Shown: positions 39,916 through 53,798, counted from the first letter of the stretch. The stretch: DNA of 64,000 nt from Octopus bimaculoides (GCF_001194135.2 NC_068983.1:108815601-108879600); one strand, 5' to 3'. The notes: generated by a model not told the origin, from the letters alone. Translations and numbers: made by a program.

Positions 39916-40824
39916 GTTGTAACAAAATATTTTTATTTATTTAATATTTTACAAGGGCTTAGCTAATGATACAAAACTAGTTTTGCGCAGAGCACAAATA
40001 GTGTTAAAGTTATGGAATTCCTTTGGAAAAGATAGAGAAAGAAGACCAGATTTCTTTCTAAATGAAGCAGAATGAAAGCAAGTTTTAATGATAGTTTATA
40101 ATTCTAGTGGTGTACAAACTATGCAAACTATAAAAACCTTCAGATAAACAATGCCAGATGCCTATCCACATATACAGATGTGTCTGTACTTACAAAATAA
40201 TCAATTATTTCTTGTTGAGCCTATATTCTGTGTGTACTAATGTTAGCTCTCGAGTCAACAATTTAAGTCATATTTCTTAACTAAATTTACATTATGAACT
40301 CTCCTGAACTTATTGCACTTCAAAACCTGACTGATTAATAATTTTCACTTGTGCTGATTTAATTACAAAAGGACATTGAACATTTATTACATTGATATTT
40401 GATTGATTCAGCGGCACATTTATCCGAATAAAATGTTTTTATTAGAAATTATATCTTCACAAAGAAAATTTAAGCAAAATTGGCTTACCTATTTAGATAC
40501 AGACAGAGATATTTATGAAAATAGGTTTATTCTCACTAATAAATTTTCATATGCAGCAAAAGTTACTTTTCGCTATTAGCTTCATTTGAGTATGAATTTA
40601 ATTATAAGTATACAAATAACTAAATTACTTAGATGGCTATTCTCCTTAGCTATGAACATGTATCAGCTGATACAGTTTGAATCAGATTTCGTTTTTCATA
40701 ACATTCACATGTTCCTAATTGTAAGCAAAGTCCTTGGATTAATCATATGTGTATTTTAATCACTTCCTTTCTTATATCAGTTTGATGTAAAAACAAAATT
40801 CCAATATTATTTTCTTAGCTTGGC

Positions 40825-41365
40825 AAGGATATGTGGCTAAGAAGTTTTCTTTGGAACTAAGTGGCATAAATTTGGTCCACCTGCCTGAATGTGGTTAGCT
40901 GGTGTTCACTGTTACATCATTGGGTTGACCAATACCATACAAATGAAACTGGAAGATAGAAACTAAGAAGTGCATCTGCACAGGTGTTTGTGTAAATGAG
41001 TGAGCTTATATTTCTTATTGTGTTTGTTTACTGTTAATAGGCTCTCTGTTGAAGCAGACTATATCATCTGCTTGAATTTGACTACAAAAACATTTTTAGG
41101 CTTCTTGAAATGCTTTGACACATGTAATTTTTATAAACAAAAACCTCATTCAAACAGCGTGAGTTGTTTTCATTCCAACCTCTAACTTTGTCCAAGATGT
41201 TCATTGTTGAATAGACTAGGGGATTATAAGCTTACTTGGAAACAGGGAAGGGCTAGCAACAAGACAGGTATTCAACCACTCAAAATTTGCCTCAATTAAT
41301 TCCATCAGACCCATGCAAGCATGAAAAAGTGGACGTTAAAACAAAGATGATTGTGATGATGACGA
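40825..41365 (+). mobile_element. Degraded SINE with family-B-like head and RTE-like tail
   Basis: 3' end cttacttggaaacagg...gacccatgcaagcatgaaaaagtggacgttaaaac...gatgatgacg; the head is very decayed. Confidence 0.5.
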
Positions 41366-41883
41366 TCTGGATATATTATTTCTTCATAGAAGTCAAATAT
41401 CCATAAGCTGGCTGTTATTTTGTTTGCAACAGAGAAGTATAAATAGACTTCTTCTGAACAACAGGTATAAAAAAATATTTCCTAAGACTGTATCAATCAA
41501 TATCTACTGGTATATGTTTACAGATTGGTTATATACACATTGAAAAGTACATCTGGCTTTGAAAAATGAATGTTTATTTGGATTGTGGCATGATAAAATA
41601 ATGACTGAATGTCTATGGCTTCCTGAGTAAAATTTTGTATGTTTGTATGCGATAAAAGTGCACCACTAAGATATTATTCATCACACACACACAGAGTTAG
41701 AGGAGTTGTTTCACATATTTTTCATGCAATATGTTTTGATTTGATTTGTTGCAGTTATTGTTTGATTGTTAATCTTAAACTTAGTTTCGTTACTGGTTCA
41801 GAGATATTAACAGAGTATTGCATGTAATACCGAGATAAGCAAATCCCAATGTCCAAACTTTGGGGAAATATTAGAAATATTTG

Positions 41884-42062
41884 TTTCCAATTTAGGCATA
41901 AGGCTAGTTACTAAATCAACCCCAGTACTTGACTGGTACATATTATTTTATCGACCTTGAAAAGATGAAAGGCTAGATTGACTTCAGCAAGATTTAAACT
42001 CAGATTGTAGTGTTGAATAGATCTGCTAAGCAGGTTGTTTGACACTCACATGATGCTACCAA
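41884..42062 (-). mobile_element. SINE family A, degraded
   Basis: ccccagtacttgactggtac...ttatcgaccttgaaaagatgaaaggc is the reverse central domain. Confidence 0.75.
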
Positions 42063-43429
42063 TCTATATTTCCCATGCATCTTTATTGTATGAATAAATG
42101 AGCCCTGGTGATAATAATAAAGAAAAATATGAGTTGATTATTTCATTTATTTTGCCAAGATCCCTTCCTATATTCAACATTTTCCAATAAAGGGGATATG
42201 ATGACATGTAGAATTGTACATAAATAATGATATAAAATACAAGTGATACGGTGAGACCATTATACATTATATTTATTAATGTGTAATATCCTTGTCAAAA
42301 GGGCATTATACATTAATGTTAATGCTAAAAATTGGTAATATAAACTTAGATAATAGATTATACAAAATAAACAAATGGATTTATATAGAAACTTAAACAA
42401 ATTTAAGTAGCAAAAAAAATAAAACAGCCCCACGCAAATGAAAAGTAACTAGCTAGATGTGTTCAGGACACTGCACAGTCCAAATAATATTCTGCTTCTG
42501 TGCACTTAACATTTTTGTACACAAAATGTTCTGTCCCAAAAATGCATATGAGCAACTCAAATGCTGGAATGAGTAAACAAATTACCAATATCCTCTTGGT
42601 AGCTAGATATAACTATACACAAACTGATCATTTGGTTCTCATCAGCAGTCTGTTATTTGCATGTTTTTCACATAAGCAAAACTTCTACAATCTATGCTTT
42701 ATCTTTTCATTCTTTTATCATTAAAAACATCTGACATCTTGTTCGATTGATGGAGTGTGAATTTCATTCACTTACAAAGAGGAGAGGGATTTCTCCTCAT
42801 ATGCTTATTTGATTTCTGCTTGGTTTCACTTTGTGTTATGGAGGATTCTTATTTGTTTTCATACAGCCCCTAACAGCTTGCAATCCTTGTCCATACACCA
42901 TCTTCTCCCTAACATTGTAAGATGATGGGGAAGGGGTGCTACCAATTGTTATATTGGAAGAGGCCATAGTTGTTGGGTTACAACACTGAGGACAAGGCAT
43001 TGTTTTTGCTATTTCTAAAACTGAAACTTGTGGCTCACTTTTCTCTTTTCTGTCCTTCCAGCCCATCTTGCCAAAGTCAACTGTTTTTTACTGCCATACA
43101 TAAAGCAGTCCAGCTTTTTACTCTGCATAACTGGTCTTATTACCTTATTCACTAAACTTGTAACAGAGAATAACACCTAGATTTTTCTGTAGTCTTCAGA
43201 GGTCATCATGATCCACATGTCTGTGTAGACACTACCCAACTATTTTCCATTTCATGCCACACTGACACTCACCATCTACTTCCTGTACACTGTTTTGCAA
43301 AAGTGATGCCAAATCAAGGGCCAATGTTATCACTAATGTTCTTTGCCATATGGGACACCAACTTATGGGGAAATATAGGAAACACTAGATTCACCAATTT
43401 TCTTATCTTAGGCTCAGATTTTATGATTA

Positions 43430-43627
43430 AGAGGGTGGCAAGCTGGCAGAAACGGGAGCACGTTGGGTGAAATGCTTAGCAGTATTTCGTCTGTCTTTAT
43501 GTTCTGAGTCCAAATTCCACCGAGGTTGACTTTGCCCTTTATCCTTTCGGGGTCGATAAATTAAGTACCAGTTGCGTACTGGGGTAGACCTAATCGACTT
43601 CCCCCCTCCCCAAAAATTTCGGGCTTC
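43430..43627 (+). mobile_element. SINE family A
   Basis: Close match to 10930-11120 (agctggcagaa...cctttcggggtcgataaattaagtaccagttgcgtactgggg). Confidence 0.9.
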
Positions 43628-44911
43628 CATATGTCCTACATCTGCTAATGGAGAATATGTCATGCTTAACTCATCTAAGAATTCCTTTGATTGTTCTACT
43701 GATGGCATGCAGAAATACCCTTCGACTTTTATGATGAAGAGTTATATCACCTTCCTCATTGTTCACTCAGACTAGGAGCAACATTTAGTTGTGACATACC
43801 ACTACCATGCCTCTCTCTTTAGGTCCCTGTCCATATCTTTAGATCTATATCTTAAACCTCACTTTTGTGTGTACTGCTAGCAAAAGAGATATTAATACTA
43901 TGGTCATTATTTCACCAAACTGCTTTGTTGATTTGTTGACAGTGGTCTTGTTTATGTCATGCAAAGTTGGGTTTCAGATATTAACTGTGATTATGTCTTT
44001 GCAAGTGTATCTGGTTATTTCATTGTTATTTTTTCTATTATTTTTGCGAATTCAGTTTACTTTTTAAAAATTTGATTTCATGTATTTTAAATTAATATCA
44101 TTATTTTGTTCTGTAGGGTGCAATCAGTGCTAATTGCTTTCTTGCTGAAGTCACCTTGAATAGATTATAAACATTAGGAAATATATGGTAAAACAGGAAT
44201 TATCTACCCCTTGTTATAGAGGCAGATATTCGCACATTTTCATATTCCCCGCCTGCAAAAATGATCAAAGAGAACAGAAACATTTTTAATTCAGTATGCT
44301 TTAAGTGAGCTTAAACAAAAAGCCCATATCTGACAGGACTATTTTTTTTTTATCTCTCCTGCAACGATTTGTAAATGCCCCTCTATTTGGTTATCATTCT
44401 TGCAAGCGGATTGGATGCACTCCTGGGTGTAGGGAATTCTTTATATTGTCTGCTTTTGGGACCAAGGACGGGCTGATCCACTCTTCCACTTCTGGAGTCT
44501 CACTAGGAACAAAAACTTCTAGAACTGGCTGATTTTGCTGCCTTTTATTGCCCTTTCTTCTTTTATCTCTTTACAGTTTCTAAGAGCTGAAAGCTTTCAA
44601 ATGCTTTTTGTTTTCTTTTTGCAACCAATGGTTTGCTATCCAGTACCTGAAATCTCATTGCTCATGTTTCTCCATCCATGACAAAATACAGCAGTGACAG
44701 AATTCTATAGCCACTATAGGTTCGTATTGACTTGCAAATCTATACTGAATCTTTCACCATCCACGACCATGTCATTTCTGGTCAACCTCACCTACCATTG
44801 TCTTTATTGCCTCACAAAAATGACAAACCAGAGGTCAACATCACTGCCAGTGTTCATGTGTGTCATCCTAGTGTTATATAGCCCTTTTACTGTAATACAA
44901 ACCTATAGATG

Positions 44912-44913
<2 letters not shown>

Positions 44914-44946
<33 letters not shown>

Positions 44947-45160
44947 NNNNNNNNNNNNNNNNNNNNNNNNNNNNNNNNNNNNNNNNNNNNNNNNNNNNNN
45001 NNNNNNNNNNNNNNNNNNNNNNNNNNNNNNNNNNNNNNNNNNNNNNNNNNNNNNNNNNNNNNNNNNNNNNNNNNNNNNNNNNNNNNNNNNNNNNNNNNNN
45101 NNNNNNNNNNNNNNNNNNNNNNNNNNNNNNNNNNNNNNNNNNNNNNNNNNNNTATATATA
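44914..45160. repeat. (TA)n with N gap
   Basis: Direct reading. Confidence 0.9.
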
Positions 45161-45903
45161 TTACTCTCTCTATCTGCTATTTTGCATTACTCAGTTCTGA
45201 AAAGCAAGCAAATAGACACTGCTGTATGCTATACAGACAAGATACCAGCCCACATATTGAAGGAGGCCTCTATCAAATAATTTTTTGAGGCATACAAGCC
45301 ACCCTTTTGTGTGCAACATCATTTTACTTGCCTCCATCTGGATAACATCCTCATGCAGGGAGACAGAATCCTTTGTGACATACCCCTGCCAAACTTTTTT
45401 TTATTGGAACCAGCTCATGACCTGAATTTCCTTGTTCGATATGTCATCATCAAATGTGTATGCATTTGCAAATCTGTGTGTTGTTGCTGTTGCTTTTGTT
45501 GCTATTGTTAAGTGAATCATTAACAATGCTCCCATTCATGTTAATAAAGCTAGAAACATTATGCTTCCTTTTAAAATGTTAATTTCTTCTTTTACAATAT
45601 TTTTTTCTCTTTTGTATGTGTGTGTTTCCTATGCAAATGTCAAGGCCTTTACTTGTTATGGTGAAATATCTGACCGACATTTTTTATCGAATGCTAGAAA
45701 TGTTTATAATAGCATTTTAAATTTTTCCCAGTGGTCATTGAAATTAATCAGAAGAAATCACCTTGCCTCTCTTTTTCTCAATTCTATTGCATACAGAAAG
45801 AAGTCATCCAGCTTTGAAAACAACTTGAAAAGAAATAAATTCACAGCAAAGTCAAATGGAAACAGGTGCTATCAGACCAAAATTCAATAAAAATGACAAC
45901 AGT

Positions 45904-46265
45904 TTCTTATATAGGCAAAAGTCTAGGAATTTTAAAGAAGGAGAGCAGCAAACTTTACCAACTCCAGTACTTGACCTGGTAATTTGATTTACTGACTCCA
46001 GTAGAATGAAAGGCAAAATTGACCTTGTCGGCTCTAAAAATTGACCTTGGCAAAATTTGAACTCTTAATGTAAAACAAGAAATATGATGAAGCATTTTTT
46101 TGGCAAATCTAATTATTCTGCTAATCCACCACCATGAATTGTTTTTAGCATAAATGCAACAACAGAAATTTGAGGGAAGGAAATAGTCAACTTAATCAGT
46201 CCTAGTAATTGCCTGGTATTCTATATTATCGACATCATTTAGCTAAAAGTCAAAGTGGACTCCCA
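45904..46265 (-). mobile_element. Two adjacent degraded SINE family A copies
   Basis: Reverse tails at 45904 and 46145; internal duplication of aaaattgaccttg. Confidence 0.55.
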
Positions 46266-46829
46266 CCATTCAAACATACAAAGAGAACACAATGGTATAT
46301 AGTGATGTACAACAATATTTAAAAAAATTACTAGGTGAGGAGCATAAGTAATTCATTATATATTATGGCATGTTCAAATATTTTAAGTAACACAAAAGGC
46401 AATGACAAACAAGATAACTATATACAATACAGATATAATTTTAAAAGGACATAATTAAAAAACAGGAAAATAGATGGGACAGCCCACAAACATATGGGTA
46501 AGATGTCACCAACCAGTTAGATCAGAGCATCTCATTATTTTTCCTAACTTACACTTTTCATACTGGAAGCTTAATGCCTTAAGCAATTTTTGTGTTGAAC
46601 ATGAAACAATACTGAAAATTTGACAGTGGTATAATAGACATCTGAGTGCTTCTTAAAAGCTGTCCTATTTCCTCCCCAGTCAACACATTTTCCTCAGAAT
46701 GCACTATTTTGCTTTCAGGGCCATATTGCTTCTTTGTGGGACCATGAATCATATATCATGGAGAGGCTCCACTTAATGTGTTTTACACATTTATGTCTTT
46801 AGTTTTGAGCTCATTAATTTTCTTCTCTT

Positions 46830-47730
46830 TTCAGTTTCATTGTTCTTGAAAACTTTCCATGTCTGTTTATATTCCATTTCATCACAAGTGAACAAAGTGC
46901 ATCCCTTAGCCATGCTTGTACCTGCAAATGGTAGTATATTTGGTAATAGCAGCTTCTGGTCCTGAAATTGTTGGATTTAGTTTTTCTACTCTTCACCACA
47001 CTCTCTTCCCCACTCTCAATATTTATTCAGTTTTTGAAGGTGAAAGAATTTGTGACACTTAAGATTTCTGTTCTGCACTGACGATGGAGGGCATTGTTTT
47101 CTGGGGGTATCATTTGAAACTATATGCATATGCAGATCTTGTACACCCACAACACATTTCTCATCACATAGGTGCTCGCAATTTGCTTGTATAGCACCAA
47201 AAGGGTTTTGACAAGGCAAGTAAGAAACAATGTCTGGAACTATGTCCATGGTCATGACCTTTGTATTTTGCTGCCCATATATTTATGCATCAACCTATGA
47301 GTAGATGTGTGATGCAACTACTCAGACTGTCATCTGGCCTCGTTCTCTTTAGTGAAGCAAGATACATAAATTCATATGTTTTCCTCCAGTTGCTTGACAT
47401 CATTTTACCTCACACACTGACAAGGCTTTTTTAATTGCTCCTTTGCGGGAATAATGGAAATCTCTTCAATTGGTGAATGATGTACAATGAAGGACAGTGA
47501 ACGTCAATTATTTTCTTTTGTTACCTTTTACATTGCTTCTAGGGGCCTGCCATCTTTGTTTGCTTCCCCTCTCTGCTTCATTGATTTGAGACAACGGAAA
47601 TGAGGTGGCACTCAACTTTTTATGATTAGAAAAAGAGCTCATGCATTCTTGTAGTTGGTTCTTGTAACTGAGAAGGAAGAAATTGCATTAGAGATTTATG
47701 GTATTGCACCTGCTGGTATTGTAGAATCAG
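46830..47730 (-). mobile_element. Probable Ty3/Gypsy gag relic
   Basis: Broken translation GNKRK..LH, RKTYEFMYL..KRTRPDDSL (cf. YERY.F...Q..GE+), CEHL.DE..VVGVQD (cf. IVVG+.D) and knuckle-like Cys/His spacing. Weak, by-eye similarity. Confidence 0.35.
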
Positions 47731-47829
47731 CTGCCTCCATAGTTGTTATTACTGCTTTAATTTTATTTTTTATTTTTTGAACTTCTCTGAGCAGGAGCAG
47801 CAATATAAAAAAGGGAAAACTAACCACAG

Positions 47830-48830
47830 CCAAAGACAATAAGAAATTACACTTGTTGCTTGAACACAATATCAAAAGACTAGGATAAAGATCCTTTCTG
47901 AGCTAACTAGAATGGAGAATAGTAACTAAACAAGCTGTTAAAGTAGATGAGCAGGAACATGTAAAAGAAGTAATTGATGTAACGCATAATGCAATAGAAA
48001 ATAAGAAGAATCATGTTGTGTGTGTATGTGTGGTCAGAAGTAATAAAATGGGTGATGTGATTGCAGTGTTAAGAAAAAAATTTTAAGTAGGCACTCATGA
48101 GAGAATTTAGGGCAGAATGTTAATCCCTGCAAGAATGAAATTAGTGTAGAATAAGATTTATGTATATTATTCATATATCAGTAGACATAAATAAAGGATA
48201 GTCACTAGGTAAAAATGATAAGTTTAGATGAGATAATGAATCTGAATTAAAAAGACTTGCAAATCAAATTTATCAGCTATCACTTGCAGAATGTAGAATG
48301 AACGATATTGGAAAACATTCTAAAATGAAAATTCTGTTTGAAGCTGGTTAAAGTATAATTAAAGCTTAAATGCAAGAATGATTCCATATTATTCAAGAGT
48401 TGGGAAAACTTCCTTATCTAGACATTACTGGCTGTTCTTATGCCATGTATGACAGTTCAGAAGATAAATCTTCACAAGATGTTTTTATCAACTTTATTGC
48501 AGTAGTGAGAACAAAATGTTTCCAATGAGTTGGTCATCAAACAAAAACCTGGCTGATGTAACGAAGAATCCATTAAAAACATTCATTCAGTGAAGTAGCT
48601 GATGCTGGTATCTTAGTAGCTATGATGAAATAGAAAATATTCTAACTGCTGAGATTACCAAAAGTACTTTGCAAAACTGACAGTTCATCACTTGTAGAAA
48701 CCTTAAATTATGCTAACATTGTTAGAGATCATAGCCTAAGAAATGATATGACGAAAATAAAAGAAATGATGATAAACAAGGAAGAAAGAATAGGTCAGAA
48801 ATTGCAAGCAGATATATAGGTTTCCATCTG
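47830..48830 (+). mobile_element. Ty1/Copia pol relic (RT and RNase H), GalEa-like
   Basis: DVIAVLRKKF.VGTHE, ESELKRLA, CRMNDIGKHSKMKILFEA, SEDKSSQ, PMSWSS, SEVADAGILVAM, RLPKVLCKTDSSSLVETL, HSLRNDM.KIKEMM. Confidence 0.75.
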
Positions 48831-49205
48831 CAAATCCATTTCGATGTCTTTTGACAACATTGTCACTTTTCATTAGCCTTGTTTTGACCATTCGCTCATA
48901 CTGTGATACAAAAGTGACAACTAGCCACAGATCTATGCTGCTTCAGATTTCTCTAATCATTACTATTGTATTTATTTGACCCATGTATTGAACAACGAAA
49001 GTGGGAGTATGTCAAACAATTTCAGCCTGTTTGGCTGCATCTTTAGTTTTAAAGGTACGGTAGATGTGTTGTAACTTTTACCTTTTTAAATTGAGAGAAC
49101 TTCTAAGATTTCTGGAAAACTTGTACCACTGGATGTGAGGGAAAATTTAGTCTGCTTCTGTACTTTTATTTGTAGAAATATATAACATTATTTTTGCCTT
49201 GTAAG

Positions 49206-49335
49206 CAAAGGTATGTGGCCTAATGGCTAGGGTATTGCATAATGATCACCAGATCATAGGTTCAATTCCTGGACCAAGTGTCTTGTGTTCATGAACAAAA
49301 CACTTCCTTTTACATCGCACTAGTGTTAAGTGGGG
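49206..49335 (+). mobile_element. SINE family C, 5' part
   Basis: gtggcctaatggctagggtattg (A box), ggttcaattcc (B box), gtgttcatgaacaaaacac. Confidence 0.65.
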
Positions 49336-49849
49336 GCTGGTATATCAAAGAATAGACTAAAGGCTTCTTCTGCATGTCATAATAGGTAACTACAAGAGTT
49401 TGAGGTAGGATTTGCACTCTGACATAATGAAACCCTCAATGACTATCCAAACATACCCATGGGTTGGAGGGTTGTTGTCTGAGAGGTGCAAAAGTATCAT
49501 CCAGAAGAAGTAGGGAATCACCAATAAATGATGGATGCAGTGACATGCTGTTGCAGCACATGCTCCAATACTGCTGCTTCCCTTAGATTAACTCCTGTGG
49601 CAAAGAAAGCTATTTGGTTTTACAAATTCTCCCACCCACATATATATTCTTGAAAGTGTGATAGGACTAAAAATCCCATCTCTTTGATTTGCATGAAAAG
49701 AAGGTTCACTTTAACATAACTGTTATATGAACAGACCACAGCATTTCACTACATGTAATCTTCATTTCTGTTGTAGTTGCTACTGTTACTATCTTCAGAA
49801 TTATTTACTTGAGCATTTGAGGCATTTCATTCACAACACACAACACAAA

Positions 49850-51400
49850 CACTAATACAACAAAAACTACACTAGACCTCATAACAAAAAGAAACTGATG
49901 CAATACAATACCAAGAAGAGCTTGCACTCCCTCAACAAGATAAAAGAACATACAATGCTGCACACACCCCAGCAACACAGTGGTGAAGCAGTTGATGCAG
50001 TAGAAATTTGCATGAAACCACCAAATGCTGAATAATAATGATAATAATATGAAACAAAGCGCTGTATATTTAAAAGACATGTAAAGCTGTTCTTGATAAT
50101 ATATTGGAAGCATGCAGTAAAAAAGAAAACAACTGAAATATAATAATAAAATTCAGCATAATAAAAAATCAGAAGTGATTAAAAATTAACAGGATAAGTA
50201 AAATAGAACAACATAGAAAGTATGGCCCAACAAAACTAGTGAAGAATTCAGCAACATGATAAAGATATGCATTCTGGAGATTACATATGATTGACAAAAT
50301 ACCCAGTTTCTGGCTGAAATAGCAAACCAGTAGTCCTGAATTTATGGTAACGGAATTCAATGAATGAATAAACAGACTAGAATTTATAACTGTAAGGTCA
50401 CTAAAGGAGAAAGCAATGTGGATTCTCAAAACAAAAAGCCCAAAGCTTCAAATCTATAACTTTGTTTAGTAATTACATACAAAATCTTTACATCTATGCT
50501 CTATAACAATCTTGCTGTTTATGTATATAGTAACATATTTGTAATGAGCAGCTACTAGGGAACCAAACAATTACTGAAGACATCATGAAGAGAAGATAAA
50601 AAAAAAAGCCATTAACACTGCTGGCATGAATTAATCATGAAAAAGTATTTGAAAGAATACCACACATTTGGATACTAGAGACACTGCATGTAGATAAAGT
50701 AGCTCCAATGCTAACAAGGTACATAAAACATGCATTGTTCAATGGAAAACAGCCATTTCACTGCAGGGAAATAGAAGGCATTAATAACCAGCCCTACACT
50801 ATAAGAAGTGAAACCTATTAGCATAATTCTTTATCCTGTTTTTGTTGTGCCTTGGAAGAGTCATAACACCAATAATAACACATACACAAGTTCAATTCCA
50901 CTTCTTTATTGTTAGCCAATTGGTTAAATACCTAACCAACTAACTAGTAATGAAGAAGTGGAATTGAACCTGCACGTGTGTTATTATTGGTGTAATGACT
51001 CTTCCAAGATACAACAAAATTTGTTTAAATACATGAATTCCCATCAGGAGTCTTTATCCTCTCTTCTGCCCAGTTTAGTCTCCATCAACAATATCAGCAT
51101 CAAATAATACACCATCTACATTATATGGATAACTTAAATTTCTGTTACCCATGACAATGGAATATGGGGTAGGTAAATTTGCTACAGGCAATTTAATTAA
51201 AACTGAGAATATGAATTTACATCTAAACACTGAATTCAGAGAACTGGAACAAAAACGTCTTACACATACTTAGAAATACATGAAATTGATAAAGTGCAAG
51301 ATACAGAAATAGAGAACAAAAATTAAAAAAAGAGAGGACTAAAGAAAAATCGATCTAATAATATTAAAAAGTGAAAGCTATATTAGAAATAAAACTTATA
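49850..51400 (+). mobile_element. R4/Dong-type RT relic interrupted by a foldback element
   Basis: DKIP.FWLK, ITCL..TYKIFTSML, WI.HEKVFERIPHIWILETL, QESLSSLL (QGDSLSPLL), MEYG.GK, RELE...Y.YL. Confidence 0.65.
50840..51019. mobile_element. 180-bp foldback / MITE-like palindrome
   Basis: Arms ttttgttgt..cttggaagagtcat.acaccaataataacac....caggttcaattccacttct mirror each other; the inner ttggtta/taaccaa also pairs. Confidence 0.85.
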
Positions 51401-51705
51401 ACATTAGCTATCCCAGGGATGAACTATAGCTCAACGTAATAAACTGGAAGTTAGGTGAACAAAAGAGCTTTGATAGGAAAACAAGAAAAAAAACTACTAA
51501 CATCTTAAAGCTGACATAAATATGAAATATATATCCTGCATGCAGACAAGATATGGCTTGATACAAATATAGAGTCATAACAAAGAAAAAGTAGCAGGTG
51601 TAAAAAATGCCTAAAACCATGTATAAGAAAATTGATAAGTGTAATAAAGGAGGCTGAATAAAATTTATATATTTATATTTATATATAAAAAATGCTGATA
51701 TATAT

Positions 51706-51736
51706 GTGTATGTATGTGTATGTGTGTGTGTGTGTG

Positions 51737-51801
<65 letters not shown>
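51706..51801. repeat. (TG)n microsatellite
   Basis: Direct reading. Confidence 0.95.
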
Positions 51802-51803
<2 letters not shown>

Positions 51804-52010
51804 TGAATTGGCAGAGTTGTTGCAGCATCAAATAAAATGTCTTGCAGTATTTATTCCAGTTAAAATCTTCCTGACGTCAGCTTTGTCTTTCACCCTTCCG
51901 TGGTTGATAAATAAAATCCAGGACTGTGGATTAGTGAATTGTTAGAGCATCAGACAAAATGCCTTGCAGTATATCTGTTCTGTGTCTCTGTGTTCTATAG
52001 CTAAATTTTG
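51801..52010 (+). mobile_element. Two degraded SINE family A heads
   Basis: gtgaattggcagagttgttgcagc... and gtgaattgttagagcatcagacaaaatgccttgcagtat. Confidence 0.5.
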
Positions 52011-53279
52011 CACCTTACTGAAGTCCCATCAATTGTAAAGTTGTTGCATTGTGCTGGCATTGATCCCAATGTTAAAAAGAGACTGCCCATGGAACTTCAA
52101 TGAATCCACAAAAACTGTGTGGATAGAGTTTACATAAGCTGTAACCATTCAAAGAGTGCAAAGAATATTCTTTCGTTTCATATAGAGAAATCTAATACAA
52201 ACTAACATTACTCTGAAGAAAAAGATATAGACAAGGACAGAAGAATGCAGAAAAGGGAAAATGTACTATGGCCAATCATTCGTATAACTTGACAGAAAAA
52301 ATGCAAGCCAGAACAAAAATGCCTAATTTTCTAAATTATCCAAAATTTTTGATCAACTGATATTCTTAGAGTTACTTTCCTTACTTGTTGATTTTATATT
52401 TTAAAGTTTCTAGAATGAATTTTTATTTACAAAATACCTGGATAATTGCAGTTGATGGAAGTGTTTCTTTTTACATAAACAAGCATCAAAAGTTCGCTAC
52501 TAAAACTACAAAAGTTATTAAACTTGATGATAATGTCATCTGAATGCAGTGCTATCGCCATCTATCTATATATAATACAGAAAATTGCTTCTTAATTTGT
52601 TAGGAGTATGTAACTTTTACTAAAAGAAAGCAATTATTAAAGTGTACACAGTCCAGGAATTTCTCATTAACTCTAATTTTGAAATATATTTAGCAAAACG
52701 TGGTTTCCAAGGTGTTTTTATGATTGAAAATTTCAACTATATGCTTTAATCAGAAAACTTTTTATTTACTAAATATATAGCGTTTTTAAATGTCTTAGAT
52801 TTATTTATATCCCTTTTATTTCTTTTTCTTTCTCTTATCCCCATCGCTTCTTTTTCCAATGTCACTTTCCATTTAGTTTTTGTCTCTTCTCTCTTTTCCT
52901 CTGTTATTGTAATACTTTTCGCCTNNNNNNNNNNNNNNNNNNNNNNNNNNNNNNNNNNNNNNNNNNNNNNNNNNNNNNNNNNNNNNNNNNNNNNNNNNNN
53001 NNNNNNNNNNNNNNNNNNNNNNNNAATGGTAATCCATGTAGATAATTGTTAGATAGATTAGGATGCATGAAATTAAGAATGGTGTTGTTTAAAAAAGGTT
53101 GAGAGTTTATGTGTTAAACAGGAAATGTGGTGTCAAAACAGGGAGTGTGTGTAAGGGAAGACAATTCTGTGGGGTTTATACTCTTTAGTTGAAGTTCTAG
53201 ACTCTTTGTCAACAGGAAGTTTATGTCTGTTCTTAGAGAAACAAGAAGTAAATTTATATGTATTTCCATGGGTAGGTGA

Positions 53280-53560
53280 GAGAAGGGAATATGGTCACCG
53301 AGGAGTTTGTATGTTAAGGAGTCTTTTGAATTTCTCTATAAAAAGATTCTCCTTGTTGATTCTTTCTTGTGTAGAGATTCTGTCTTTACATTGATAGAAA
53401 GGGAATATAAGGAATTTAGGGTTTTTATTTTTGGCGCAAAAGAACTGATGGGGGTGGAAGTGGTGTGTGTAGTTTGGCATTAGTTAAGAGTTTTTTCAAA
53501 GATTTTGTGTTGCCTTTTGCATTTAAAGACTTTGTGTGTATTGATGATATTAACACAACC
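53280..53560 (-). mobile_element. Penelope-like element GIY-YIG C-terminal fragment
   Basis: FLIFPFYQCKDRISTQERINKENLFIEKFKRLLN resembles PLE endonuclease ends (R...E..FI.K..P.LN). Confidence 0.55.
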
Positions 53561-53682
53561 CCACCATTTACTGACTTATATATATATGTATATATAATCA
53601 GAAAATGGAGAAAACCTCAGATTAACAAACACATTTATAGCTTATTTTTTAATACAAAGCATGACATAACAAATAGGTGACA

Positions 53683-53798
53683 TATCTTACGGCCATTTCC
53701 GATCCGTTGCCAAAATGCTGTCTATAAATGAATGCAAGAATAAAGTTCTTCATCTTCATAGGACATTTGAATTAAGGCATGGAGCTTCATCAGAGTAA
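53683..53798 (-). ncRNA. Decayed hammerhead-like motif with long loop II
   Basis: Minus strand ttact CTGATGA a gctccatgcc ..~70 nt.. ggcaacggatc gGAAA tggccgt a aga; near-palindrome atggccgt; helices I and II have mismatches. Confidence 0.4.

Noticed and set aside
41433-44013. Further + strand exon candidates (41433-41464 RSINRLLLNN; 43943-44013 GLVYVMQSWVSDINCDYVFA)
   Set aside because: Compatible with each other but not linked in phase to the upstream chain; too weak to list as features.
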